This document shows, in pieces, positions 26,362 through 39,231 of a stretch of 64,000 nt of DNA. The translations under genes were made by a program, and so were the position numbers. The stretch lies in the NCBI GenBank assembly GCA_964188305.1, contig OZ076886.1; one strand, written 5' to 3'. The stretch is from Podarcis bocagei (taxonomy: Eukaryota). Each line of letters starts with the position of its first letter. The stretch's first letter is position 1. The notes beneath the pieces are model-generated. The model made no database searches and had not been told where the DNA came from. It was given only the letters and a program-made list of their open reading frames with translations.

Positions 26362-28758
26362 ATTTCCAACACAGACTCAAGTTTATCAAGCAGATGTCTC
26401 CTAGACCCTCGTCCTTCATACCTCCGATTTAAAATATTAAAATAACTGAACCTGAGATCTTATGCACTCTTTCACTGCATTATTTCCCCCCAGGATATCC
26501 CTCCAGGGTTATGAATATGTTTATGTATCTAGTTATCAGGGAGGGAGAGAACAGTTTGCAAGCTTAGCTTTTTCTCGTTCCTCCATTGTATGTATCTATT
26601 TAGCAGTGATGTGGCAACATTTCAGGTGAGGGCCTCTCCAACCTTTCAAAAGGGTGCAGTCTCCACTGTGCAGTGTTGTAGACTTAGCTTTCTTTCTTCT
26701 TTACTGGATAAGTTCCTTTGATATTGTTTATTCCTTGATGCAAGTTCCTATCCTGCTTTGTTTTGTTTTTACTTGTCTGTGCAAACATCTTGTGCAGAAC
26801 TTGGCGCTAATCATAAATAATAGTGATTAATGTCTTTTAAGCCATTATGCTAATTTTGTTTTGATATCTTTGCAAATTGGAATCCCTTATTTTTTCTGCC
26901 TGAACTGCCTCGTTCCTGACAGCATTGAGAAGATGATGTGAACAGTGACTCGAATTTTAACTATGCTCCTTCCATTAAGACTACATTTCTGTATTGAACG
27001 CAAATAGCAGGATGGATAAATGATCTTTCATATCCTGGCTTCTTTGGATGGAAATAAAGGTTTGTTTTGCACATTCCTGAAGATGCAACCAATCAGGCTG
27101 TATTTCTGATACAGCTCAGCACTCTCCGAGATGCTTATTTAGTTCATGATTGACATGGAAAAGTATGCTTGTGTGGGAGGCAAAATATTACAGTGGCTGG
27201 AACCTCAGATTCAGCTCTGTAAAATAGAAATAGCTGCTTTCTTAATGGGATAATTTGGTAGGTTTCAATGACCATTCAGTCTGAGACCAATGAGGGCCTT
27301 TCTTGAAGTCACTCCCATTGGGATTTGCTAATATGGCTTATAATTGTTATTATTATTATTATTAAGATGAGGAGAAAGAGAAACGGGCAAAATAAAACTA
27401 ATTTTGGTAGCTTTGATAACCCAGTGTTTGAACAGTTGTATGCATTCCAGGCAGCTTATAGAATGTCATGCAACATGGACACTGAGCTCTGTTTGTTTAT
27501 ATGCTTGAGCTTCACAGGCAGTGTGATTTATTTTCCCAGAAAATGGTAACACTCAAGCTTATGAACAAATGGTGCTCAATTTTAACAGCAAAAGGAGTAG
27601 GTGGGTGACAGGAACTGAATCTTCTCCCAGCTGTCACTTATTATCCCACAACCCATTTCCCACAACTTTTGCACAGCTAAAACATCCAAGGAACGGACAA
27701 CAAAAATTAAAAACTATAAACATTTCAAAAATAACAATTTAAGAAAACCCAAAAGATAGCAGCAAGTAAAATCAAGATGGGTGGTTTGTCAAAATGCCTC
27801 CCGGAACAAAAGAAAGTTTTCTGCTTCCTTCTGGGATGGGAAAGTCTACCATTTCAGCACCACAACATCAAATCCTTTCAAGTGTCCTAACAGACCACAC
27901 CTCAGATGCATGTGAAACATGCGAGTGGAACTTAGGGAGTAAAAGTCATAGGTAAAATTATACATTATGTGAAAAGAACTGTCCTGGATCACAGTTAGTC
28001 ACTGGGCATGTATGCTTCCTGGGTTCTTTAACACAAAAAAAATTATCCAGAATATTCCACAGAACTCCCCATATACTTCAGTCATCAGTTGAAGAACTGC
28101 TTACAGTGCTGGCCTTGTCTGAAGGAAGGTTGAGTACCTCAAAAGACAGGGCATTTTTGGTGGTTATGCCTATACTGTGGGCTTCCCTCCCCAGAGACTA
28201 CCATATTTTTATATGGATTCTGAGATTTTTTTCCTGTGATTGTTGTTATTTACATTTATTTATTGCTCACTATATAAAATGTCTCAAAATGACTTACAAT
28301 TGTAAAAAAAAAGCATACACAGACAAGTCTTTAAAACAAACATTGAAAGAAATAAGGCAGCATTATTTACTAAACGTGTTCATCCTGCAATATCATTAAA
28401 AGGCTAAATCCTGCCCCACTCTATGAAAACATGAACCCCAAAACAGGCAGGTACCATATGATCCCAATCAAGAATAAAAGTTTCAGTGTAAGTTTTGATA
28501 GCTTTAGGTAGCTAGATTACTGCTGCTTGCTGGTGGTGTAAAATATTTTCTATTTCCACTACCAAATAATTTCAGTTGTATTGCTTTTATTTTTTGTGGC
28601 CTGACTAGAGCGTTTTGAAGAGCATATGGCAGAGGACAAATTTAAAATAAATTATAAAAATACATATCATGAAATATGTCATTATTTTATGCAGCGTTCC
28701 TGACATTGATAATACACTTGCTGATCTGGCTTAGTAGAGAGAGAGACCATATTTATCA

Positions 28759-28911
<153 letters not shown>

Positions 28912-30803
28912 TTAGAGGAGGGGAAAGTCATTTCCAAAGACAGCTCAAAATAGTAATAATTGACTAGTCTGTTTCTCATCACATCTTTCACTTTCCTGTC
29001 CCTCTTGTCAACAAGAACTGCCTTTTCTCCCAACAGTTTATTTTATTTTGCAGCAACAACAATCCAATGAAGACCATGGCAGAAGTGAGTTTGCCGAACT
29101 TTTTCTTTCTGTTATCCAAATGCACACCATGAAATGGCAGTAATATTGAGAGGTGTATTTTAAGAATATTTGATATGAAGGCATATACTGCATTTCTTAA
29201 AGTCTTACCAAGTGTATCAACCCAAAAAGCACAAGTAAAGGCTGGGGGTTTTTCTCTCTCGTTTGCCTGACTGATGGTGTGAAAGCACCTACCACAATAT
29301 CCTGACTTTGGTCCAAATGTCTGACCCCATCATTCTTGAACCCACTTATACTTTGCCTTCTGTCTACCATGTATATCCCCCAGGGCGACTTGTGCAATTT
29401 CAATTAAGACCCAAACCAGACTGCTTCCAGCCACTTCAGATTTTAGATTTAAATCCCTGAAACTGCTTGAGCAGTAGAATTATCTGAGTTTAAAGCATTT
29501 GGCAAGAACCCCATTGCCTTTCTTTTTCCCTTATCAGGTTTCTGTTGTAGTTTAAATAAGTTTCACCTTTTTAATTCCCAAGGAAATCTTCCTAATGAGT
29601 CCCTGCTTTAAACCGCGGTAGCACAAAGTTTGGAAACTATCCATCACTCCTTTCTGCACACTTGGTAAATGCAAGACTCTTTAGTCCATAGTAAGTCATT
29701 CTGTTTTAGTACCCAATAGGGAGAAATTATAGAGCTAGTATGCTGACCTCCATAATAGATCAAGGTACTAAATATCAGGAAAATACGGCATTTATAGTGG
29801 TAAGAGAATTTATAATTGATGGAGCAAGTTGTATTATCTTGACACCCCAATGCGCTAATGCTGTTGGTGCAATGATAGGGTTCACCAGCACTGAAGAAGG
29901 TCAGTTTGTAAGCAGAACTTCTTCTAATACTACAGGCAGAAGATATTCAGAGCTGTGACCACTCCCAAACTCATCTTTTGGATGAGAAGCTGACACTGGG
30001 TATGGAATCTAGTACAAAAGGTGGTTTTCCCCCAAGATAGCAGCTGAAGGAGTGACTACTATATCTCGGATCTGTAGTAGTCACCTGGTTTTCCCAAGAT
30101 GGGAATCCATTATGTTGGGAGGCAATTTGATGCAAAATATTCCTCCTGATGGTCTCTCTCACTTCATGGCATCCTACACAATTATTTTCAAAATAGCTTG
30201 GGCAGAGACATGAAATAGTAATACTGGGAATCATTGCTTGGTAGGCATTGGCAAGGGCCTGTGTTGATGTCTAGATCTTTAGGTCAACATGTGAACTTCA
30301 AATGGCCACCACTTCATTAGACTGAGCAGGCTCTTTGCTGTATATGGTTAGCCAGACCCTTTGTGGTATTTTGTGAGGTTCCAAACACTCCTTTACAATT
30401 CCCATCATGCTTTGGGGAATGATTAACTGGGACATCTATGAGTTAAAATCCAACTGAAATGTGTATGATGTTTGTAAGTACATCCTGCTCTTTCAATGGA
30501 ACTTGTATACCAATGGATTAAACACTTATTTGCATTAATTTTCAATTTAAAACAGGATTGCTCCCATTTGGAGGATCCACATTTTCTCTGAAGAAAATGG
30601 GAACTATCTATATGCTGTGCTATCACAGTGCTTTGTATAAACCTGGAGCGGAGCCATTTCCTTCTTTGGCTAAGGCCTATGCCAGACAGGATTACAGTTA
30701 TTCATGTAGAAAATCTTCATTTAAAAAATAAAAATGCAGTGATTGGAAAATGTGTGTACACACATACAGTTCCAGGTTTTTAAGTCTCCTGTTCTGACTG
30801 TTA

Positions 30804-31004
<201 letters not shown>

Positions 31005-31584
31005 TTATAATAAAAGATATGTATTCCAGCACAGTTTGGTTAATGTAGTATATCATATTATCATTTGCATGAGCTTCCTGAAGAACACTTGCTCGCTTGG
31101 CTTAAAAAAAGCATTTTTCACTTCTGCTCACCCTTCTATTGTCACCTTGCAAGTATCTTTATCAATAGCAATAATGTTTTGTGTTATGTTATTACTAGGA
31201 TCTTTGTAGTTTTCAGTTTGCTCTGTCAGCCACATTGAGGGGTTCAACGTTTGGACTAGAATAGTGGATAGAATACTCAATTTATCAATAAATAAAACTC
31301 AGTAGTCACTGGTTATTTTTGCTTTTGAGGCCAGCTCCAACACCCTTACTCCAGTGCTCATTTCAGTAGGACTAGGCAGGAAAAAATGGAGTTGCATTGT
31401 GAAAGTCTAGTATGCAATAGCAAAGCTAGATTTCTGCTAGGTCTCTTGGTCTCCTTCTCCATTTAACCTGCTTTCATTACTTTCAATTTGTTCCCTTTTT
31501 ATTGCTCAGGGTTGCTCGTCATCATTACATTCAGAACAGAGCAGTGCTGAAGGTACACATTTCTGAAAGTCAGAAATATACCAT

Positions 31585-31745
31585 TTATTAACTATGTTTA
31601 TACCCCTCCATTCATTGAAGGAGCGTAAGATGATGTACTTGGTTGTGGCCACCCATGTAACAACTCCAAGTTGATGAAGGAATGGAGATTTGAACCTGGC
31701 TCTTCTCCATCCTAGTCAGGCACCCTAACCACTACACTAGGCTGA
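31585..31745 (-). mobile_element. Old MIR/Squam3A-like SINE remnant
   Basis: gatttgaacctgg...ctaaccactacacta is the reversed B/A-box head; internal part deleted. Confidence 0.55.
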
Positions 31746-32394
31746 TTTTCAGGAGAATTCCCAGCCCTTTTGTAAAAGAGTTCCTTGTACTTTTATGCTC
31801 TTCCTCTTTTTCTGTTCCAGAACACAAGCTTTTACTGGGGTCTGCCAAGCAGACCAGAAATGCCTATGCTCCTTCTGAAGAGCAAAATCAGCTCTGGATC
31901 TTTAAAAGGAGCAAAACAATATCCCGCTCTTCCCGTCTCATTAGTGTGCTTGGCTTGCCAAGTGAGACAAACCCCAACTTGTCATGTACAGGATGCTACT
32001 TTAATGCCATGGAGGAAAAGACTGTTTTCACTGCAGCAGCTACAGCTCATCCATAAGACTGGACTGTAAGAGCCTAATCTCCGAACTTGTTAAAGTGAAA
32101 TATGAAGCCTTTTCAGTATCCCAAAGAATTAAGTGGAACTTAAGTAAGCTTAAAGGTCATAAAGTGAAAAGAGAAGCTCAGAAGAGAAGAAAAATTGATA
32201 CCAAAAACAGCTACATTCAATGTATCCTTAATGTATCCTTTTCAGGATGTATACATCATTTCAAGATCTAGAATTATAAAATAAGTGGTTTTCTTTTTTA
32301 AAAAAGAGGAATATAGAAATAACTTGTTCATTAAGAATGATAAATTATACAACACGATTTCATAAAAGGAGAAGGTGCCATGTTGCGATTCTTA

Positions 32395-32616
<222 letters not shown>

Positions 32617-35370
32617 CTAAAAATTGGACAATGGGGAGTTTTGAAAATAGTACAGTTTGGCAATAGGACTACTGAATAGGAAGAAGCTTCCAGAACAAGG
32701 CAGAGCTTATTTTATATCATGTTCTCTGCTATACTGGCAAAGAATATATGAAACCCAAAATTGGCTATGGAAGGGTGTTACTCATCCAGTCTTCTGCATC
32801 TGGGCCTCTACATATGCAATATGGACAGACCTTACAGACTACCACAGAACAGTGAGATTACTTCCTCAGAGAAGTTTCATATCAAAATTCAAGTATGCAA
32901 CAGCAGCCGCAACAGGGAATCCCCATGGGGAAAATGGAAGACCAGGACCTTGCTCTCTCATTCCTTGGAAACTCCTTCTCTTCACCTGAAGCTATAATAG
33001 ATTTTGGATCTTTGGAGCAAACAGTACAGTCCTATACATGTCTACTCAGAAGTAAGCCTTATTGAATTAAGGGGTGAAGAACCTATGGCTCTCCAGATGC
33101 TGTTAGACTCCAACTCCCATCAGCCCCAGCCAGCATAACCAATAGTAAGGGATGATGGGAATTATAGTCCAGCAACATCTAGAGGCCTATACACCCCAAA
33201 GGTAATTTGCTATGCCACACACATTCTGCTTCCACAAATTGCCATTCACTCACATCCGCAACCAAATATAATGACAGTGCTGCAACCTGGACACAAACAC
33301 AGAGCTCACTTTCATTCTGCTTCTTTCACAGAAAATATTCTCTGCACCATGGGAATATCTAAATAAATTATCAAATGATAAACTCCAGATATGTATTATT
33401 TCACTCATACCACACTCTTCCTCCAGGCTGATCAGAGCAGATTGCACATGGTTCCTAAGCAGCTTCTCAATCAGACATCTTATAGGGCCAGACCTTCTCT
33501 GATTCAGCTGTAAAATGATCATGTGTCTGTATAACATTTCTTCAGAGGCTTCCTTAGGTTAAAAAGGCCTCCACAAGTAGATGAAGTACATGAAACTAGC
33601 AGTCTCTGGGTAGCAGATACCAGGATGACTATTATTTTCTCTGTTCTCTACCAACCCTCCAAATGCACTAGTTACTTTGAGAACTTTAAAGTACCCTCAG
33701 TGGGGCTTCAATTCTCTAGCTAGAAATGCAACTGTTTTTCATAAACTGTTTTAAAGGGGTAACATCCTACGTCAAGAAGAAAAATGGAACCTGTGCTCAT
33801 CTTCCCAACCCTAAAAAAGGTTACAATAGCTTGATTGTAAAGAGAGTTAATAAGCATTAACTGTGATGCATGTTACAGGAGACACTGATCCTCAATGGAG
33901 GACAGTCTCACTACTATAGAAGACCATTAATGAAAGTGAACAATAGCTATGCCACAACGTTAGCTGTGTGCAAAGCACTTGTGAGCTAAAGCAGGAATAA
34001 GGCCACTTTCCTAGTCCTGCCCTCACTGTTGGACTAGCTCTGCCCCCAAAATCTGCACTGATCACGGGGATCTATGATAAGAAACAGCTATGTGTAAGAT
34101 ACCAATACTCAATATAGAGTCATCGGGGACAAGACTAGCTCAGGAAAATAGTGTCGGAGTGGCTCCAGGTGTGTGGCTGTTCTTGATTCAGCTCATAGTG
34201 TCACACAAGTAATGTGTGATCAGGCTATACTCATCATCATTCCTCAGTGCATCTGAGGTCAATGCAGTAGACATTGGAACTGTATAGACCACTTGAACTG
34301 CGATCTATGCACATAGGCCCTGATGGGGCATCCAGTGTGTGCTTTGGATGTGCATGGTCTGGAGGAAAGCTCTTCCTATGATCTTGCGAAACCAAGTCAT
34401 CATAATAGTCATAACAATTGTGGTTGTCACTCCACAAAGAACTTTTCCAATGATATTCCTGGCCCATATATTTCAAGATTCCTGAAGGGAGTATTCTGGA
34501 ATTGGTTCTGCAAAAGTATTTGCAGCTCCCAGAAGAAATTGACTTTGCAATTCATATGTCTTTTTCAAAAGATATCCATTATATGATTTACAGATAACAA
34601 ACCGCATCTACCTGAAAAATCAGTAGACCACTACAATCAAGGGCATGAAAAAGTCTTGCTAACTTTGGCCTCTTAAATCCTTTTAGTTTTATTAAATTAT
34701 GTCATAATTTGGCATGTTTGCTAATCAATACTCAGTGTTAGGGAATATCTCTTTGAAAAGGCTACATCTTTGTGGCTTACCACAAGTTGCTTAGGTACAA
34801 AATGGATAATGACATTCCGCAGATGCATTTATTATAGGTTTTTATTTTGACTTTACCTCTTTATATGTAGTAAAGTGGGTGGTCAGGCTTTTAATGACTT
34901 GAGTAGTCATGCTTGACATCATCCTTACAACAATGACAACCACAAAAACCTGCAGTTCAATTACCCATTCTTTAGGTGTGTTATATGTGTCCTCAGTAAC
35001 TGTGCTGAGGATGGCCTGAACAATCAGACACGATATAATTTACTATCATAATTTACTGTCATCTGCATTGCCCTAAACTGGTTTGCTGGATGTCTCTTAA
35101 TCATGTATTCTGCACCACATACTTCAAGTAATCAATTTGCATAGTAACATGCTTTATCACAGGGAATGCTTCCTCCCCAGTTGCTGATGCTTCCCCATAT
35201 TGGAAAAACTGCTCCAAACATTTCAAACAAATTGAACTATCAAACTGGGGATAGCACTTGAGGTGAATATTTAAGTGCACTGAAATCAGTCAATGCGAAA
35301 GACTCGGAAAACTGGTCTAGAAACAGAAAGCAGACAGGGTGAAACTGAGAGAAGATAGGATGGCACTTAC

Positions 35371-35438
35371 CATATCATGGTCTGAAACAGGCCCAAAGCT
35401 GGTGACGAAGATGTCAGTCTTCACTGCAGTTACACGCT
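35371..35438 (-). CDS. GABRA1: GABRA1 coding exon 3: (E)[22 protein letters not shown]
   Basis: Acceptor cttcatcag|AG, donor ATG|gtaagt; 68 nt, phase 1 to 0. Confidence 0.97.
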
Positions 35439-35555
35439 CTGATGAAGCAGGAAATTAGGATAGTGAGTGCTTATCAATAGCTTTCATTAGATGCAAAACC
35501 AGAAGCTGTTATCCAAACAAAGAACGCATTGACTTTTAGAAGCTCTGAAATAAGA

Positions 35556-35724
35556 GGAGGGGCTTAGCTCAATGGTAGAAAGCATGCTTTGCTTGCAGAA
35601 GGTCTCAATTCTTGGCATCTCCTCTTCCATCTGAAACACTGGGTCACTCGTACTAATCAGTGCAGACAATACTGAGCTGGATGGAGCATAGGTCTGACTC
35701 ATTATAAGGCAGTTTCCTATATTC
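35556..35724 (+). mobile_element. tRNA-derived SINE (same family as 12786)
   Basis: tagctcaatggtagaa...tgcagaaggtc...gacaatactgagctggatgga...gcagtttcctat. Confidence 0.75.
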
Positions 35725-36179
35725 AAAATTGGCCCATAACACGAACTTAGTCATTTTGGCCCAGATCCACAAAACCATCAGTATGCTGTTGCTTACAAAT
35801 TATTTTCATCCCCAGCAGACTGATCAGGCACCTGATTGGCCTTCCTGGCTACAGCGAGATGATAGATTGTATTTCTATGTCGAGGTGTTCTATGCTGAGA
35901 CACTTAGGTTGTGGAACTCTTTCCCTATTAATATTAAGAAAGCACCATCAGTGTTTTTGCTTCGATTGCCTGATGAAGTACTATCTGTTTATATGGGTCT
36001 TTTCTGATGCATACAGATACTTTTGTCATTGTGCGCCACTATCCAGACAAGTGCTATTCTATTTTGTTTTATGGGTGTGTTCTATTCACTGCCTAGGCAC
36101 TTCATATATTTTTGCAGTCTATGAGCCTTTAAAATAAAGAAATAAATTTAAATTACTGCAATTACTCTGAAATGTGCAT

Positions 36180-36443
36180 GTATGGTGTGGTGGTTAAGAG
36201 CGGTAGTGGTTAAGAGCGGTAGTCATGTAATCTGGGTAACCGGGTTCGCGTCTCCGCTCCTCCACATGCAGCTGCTGGGTGACCTTGGGCCAGTCACACT
36301 TCTTTGAAGTCTCTCAGCCCCACTCACCTCACAGAGTGTTTGTTGTGGGGGAGGAAGGGAAAGGAGAATGTTAGCCGCTTTGAGACTCCTGAAGGGGAGT
36401 GAAAGGCGGGATATCAAATCCAAACTCTTCTTCTTCTTCTTCT
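36180..36443 (+). mobile_element. Squam3-type SINE with a 16-bp tandem duplication in the head
   Basis: Same family as the 19805 copy; (CTT)n tail 36426-36443. Confidence 0.88.
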
Positions 36444-39175
36444 AAATTAGCACATGCGCATTTTATTCAAATATAGGTCCTTTTTGTGACACCTAAGTGG
36501 CCACCGCAGACACATTCCTCTTTTATAAATCCATGGGTGAACACATGTGCACTGTTACAGGCTGGTTTAGGTAGGTCTGTGCTTCCACCTCGAGTGAGAC
36601 TCAAGGCGAGTTCAACACTGCCATTTACTCTGCATTCAGTGTACTTCCACCATAGATTTGGTGTTAGCCACAGTCCATATCTATCCTGTTGTTTCTTTTG
36701 AAATACTGTGATTGATGCATCCTGCTCCCCCTCCCCACAAAAACAACAACAACTAGTTTTGATCTGAATTGAGAAAAAAGGATGAGGAGCAATGAGCTCA
36801 TGTCAGGGACTGGCTGGACACTGAGGAATGGTGGCTGGATACTTATCAGGAGAAGCGGGGTTGGAGATTGACTTGGAATAAGGGACCAGTGAACTGGGGG
36901 AACCTGTAACGAGGAGCCAGGAGAAAAGAGTCACAGGCAGGAGAAGCTGCAGGATTGGAGAGTAAAGAACAGGTACGGGGGGGGGGGAGGAGACAGATAG
37001 GTCAGGCTGGTGTAAAAGCCAAGGGTTTTCACACCTCCTCCTCCTCCTGCCCCCACCTCTCCAGCTCCACTTTTGCCCAGGACTAGAAGAGAATTGAAAA
37101 TGGAGGAGCAGAAGGTATTTCACACAGCTCGAATAGAGAAGATACATAAACTGCAGTCGGGGTGGGGCCTCTCTGTTGCCTCATAGGGTGCACACCTAGA
37201 AGTAGCTGAGAGATATAGGATGGGTGGACATGCCTTCCCCTAACTTACCAGTCTACCTTTTACAGTAAAGAGTTAATTTCTCACTCTGGAAATTCTGCTC
37301 AATATCAACTCATGTTTTCCTGGGAAGTAAAGAATAATATTGTAGTATTCCAGCTGTGGTTGCTTTGTCACACAGTGACTTTTGAGGGCTATTTTTTGAC
37401 TGCTCTTAGGACTGACAACCATACAAATGATATTGAAGAGGCAGTTAGACAGCGAGTGTTCCTAATTAGTCCTCCAGCAAAATGGATGTGGCCTAGTCAA
37501 ACCTGCTTCCAAGAGAATATTAATTGGCTTAGAGAAAGGTGCGGATTTTCTTGACGCCTAATTGGGTTGGAGCTTAATCCTAAAGAGGGTCATAGTGAGA
37601 ATTAACCTCAAAGCACTGAAAGTGTAAGGTTACTCTTGCCCCCCCCCCAAAGAAATATTCGTCTTGAAAAATGAGTCTTCATTTCTTGGTGGAGCAAACT
37701 GCTTGGGAACTGAAGGCTGTGTTCTCATCTAAAAGAGCAAATTAGATTTAATGTTTTTCCTTAGGTCGACTAAGGGACCTAGCTACAGTATATGTTACAC
37801 ACAAATAGGTTCAGTGCAAACCCTGAAAACCCCTTTTCCAGGAAAATCTGTGTTGGGTTGGGATGAACTGAAATGGAGAAGGGAGAAGGGGGAAGGGGGA
37901 AGGGAGAAGACGGGAGAGGAGAGGATTCTTCTTAATGCTTAACTTAATGCTTAATGTCTTGGTTCTTGAAGGCTGCAGCCCTATATACATTTCCTGGGAG
38001 TAAATCCCACTGAGCTCAATGGGACTTCTGAGTAGGCATTCCTAGGATTGTGATGGATGTAGCTTTTCCTGTGAAACAGGCTGCCTGGGTTTATTTTTAT
38101 CAATCTGTTTAGTTCTCAAACTTTATATACCTCTTAGCATTGCATCTCATAGGCTTAACTGGCAGGTCCTATTGAATTCAATGCAATAAAATTAGCTTAA
38201 ATCCCTATATTTTAATATGTGTGCTCAGAGTGCCTGACTTCCCCAAGTGGTTTTGAATGATGATCAATGTCAGGATAAACCAACATGGTGCCTTCCAGGA
38301 GTTGGATAACAACTTACACCATTCCTTGCCATTGGCCATATATTGGTTGGGGCTGATGGTAGCTGATATCCACAACATTTAGAGGCCACCACTTTGTCTA
38401 ACCTGGCCTAGGTCAAAGACGAATGAGTGCTGGTGCTCAGTGCTTTTCAGCAGCTATGACTATGCAAACAGCCCTAAGCAATTACAATATGTCGTGTTCT
38501 GACCTTACCCAGAGTCCTCTCGTCCCAAATTGCATCATTTATGTCATCAGTCATGTTACGTGACGTATTTTTTTTGTTAAACTCTACCTGAATAACTAGC
38601 TTTCTCTGAGCAGATTCTGTGGGGGTTTTTTTTAATAATAATGATGATGATGATAATTTCTGCATGCTGAGAAGGGAACTGCCCTTTCGTAGATTCGTGT
38701 TTTTTAAAAAGACATGCATGTGCTTGTTTACCACTTTTGCAATTAGATGATTCAGCTGTGCTTTGTTACATGCTCCAAAAATAATGACTCATTCTTACAT
38801 AGGACACTTTAGAGCAAGTGACTCACAGACTTGGGGTATTACTTCACAATGAAAGATAACCATCTCTTCTTTTACCATTATTAGTTTGAGCGTTTACACC
38901 CACCATCTATATGGAATTGTGTTCCTTTGGACTACAAAACCTGGTGCCAACCTGGACTCAAAGCCACCTCAGGCATCCTTATGGATGATCTTTATGAAAA
39001 GGACAGAGGGAGTGCAATTCTGTTCTGTTTTCATTTCATCCTCAAAAATGCATTGGGGGGCAAGGGAACTAAGAAGAGGTTGTGGACTAAGGTCATTCAG
39101 CACTCAATGTAAGCCATAAAGGAAGGAGCTAACAGAAATCCTAACATAAAAGGCCTACTTTTTCAAAATACTCAG

Positions 39176-39177
<2 letters not shown>

Positions 39178-39229
<52 letters not shown>
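39178..39229. repeat. (GT)n microsatellite
   Basis: Read directly. Confidence 0.98.

Positions 39230-39231
<2 letters not shown>

Noticed and set aside
26027-26432. ORFs spanning N-runs (also 48327-48728)
   Set aside because: Lengths are artefacts of translating through gaps
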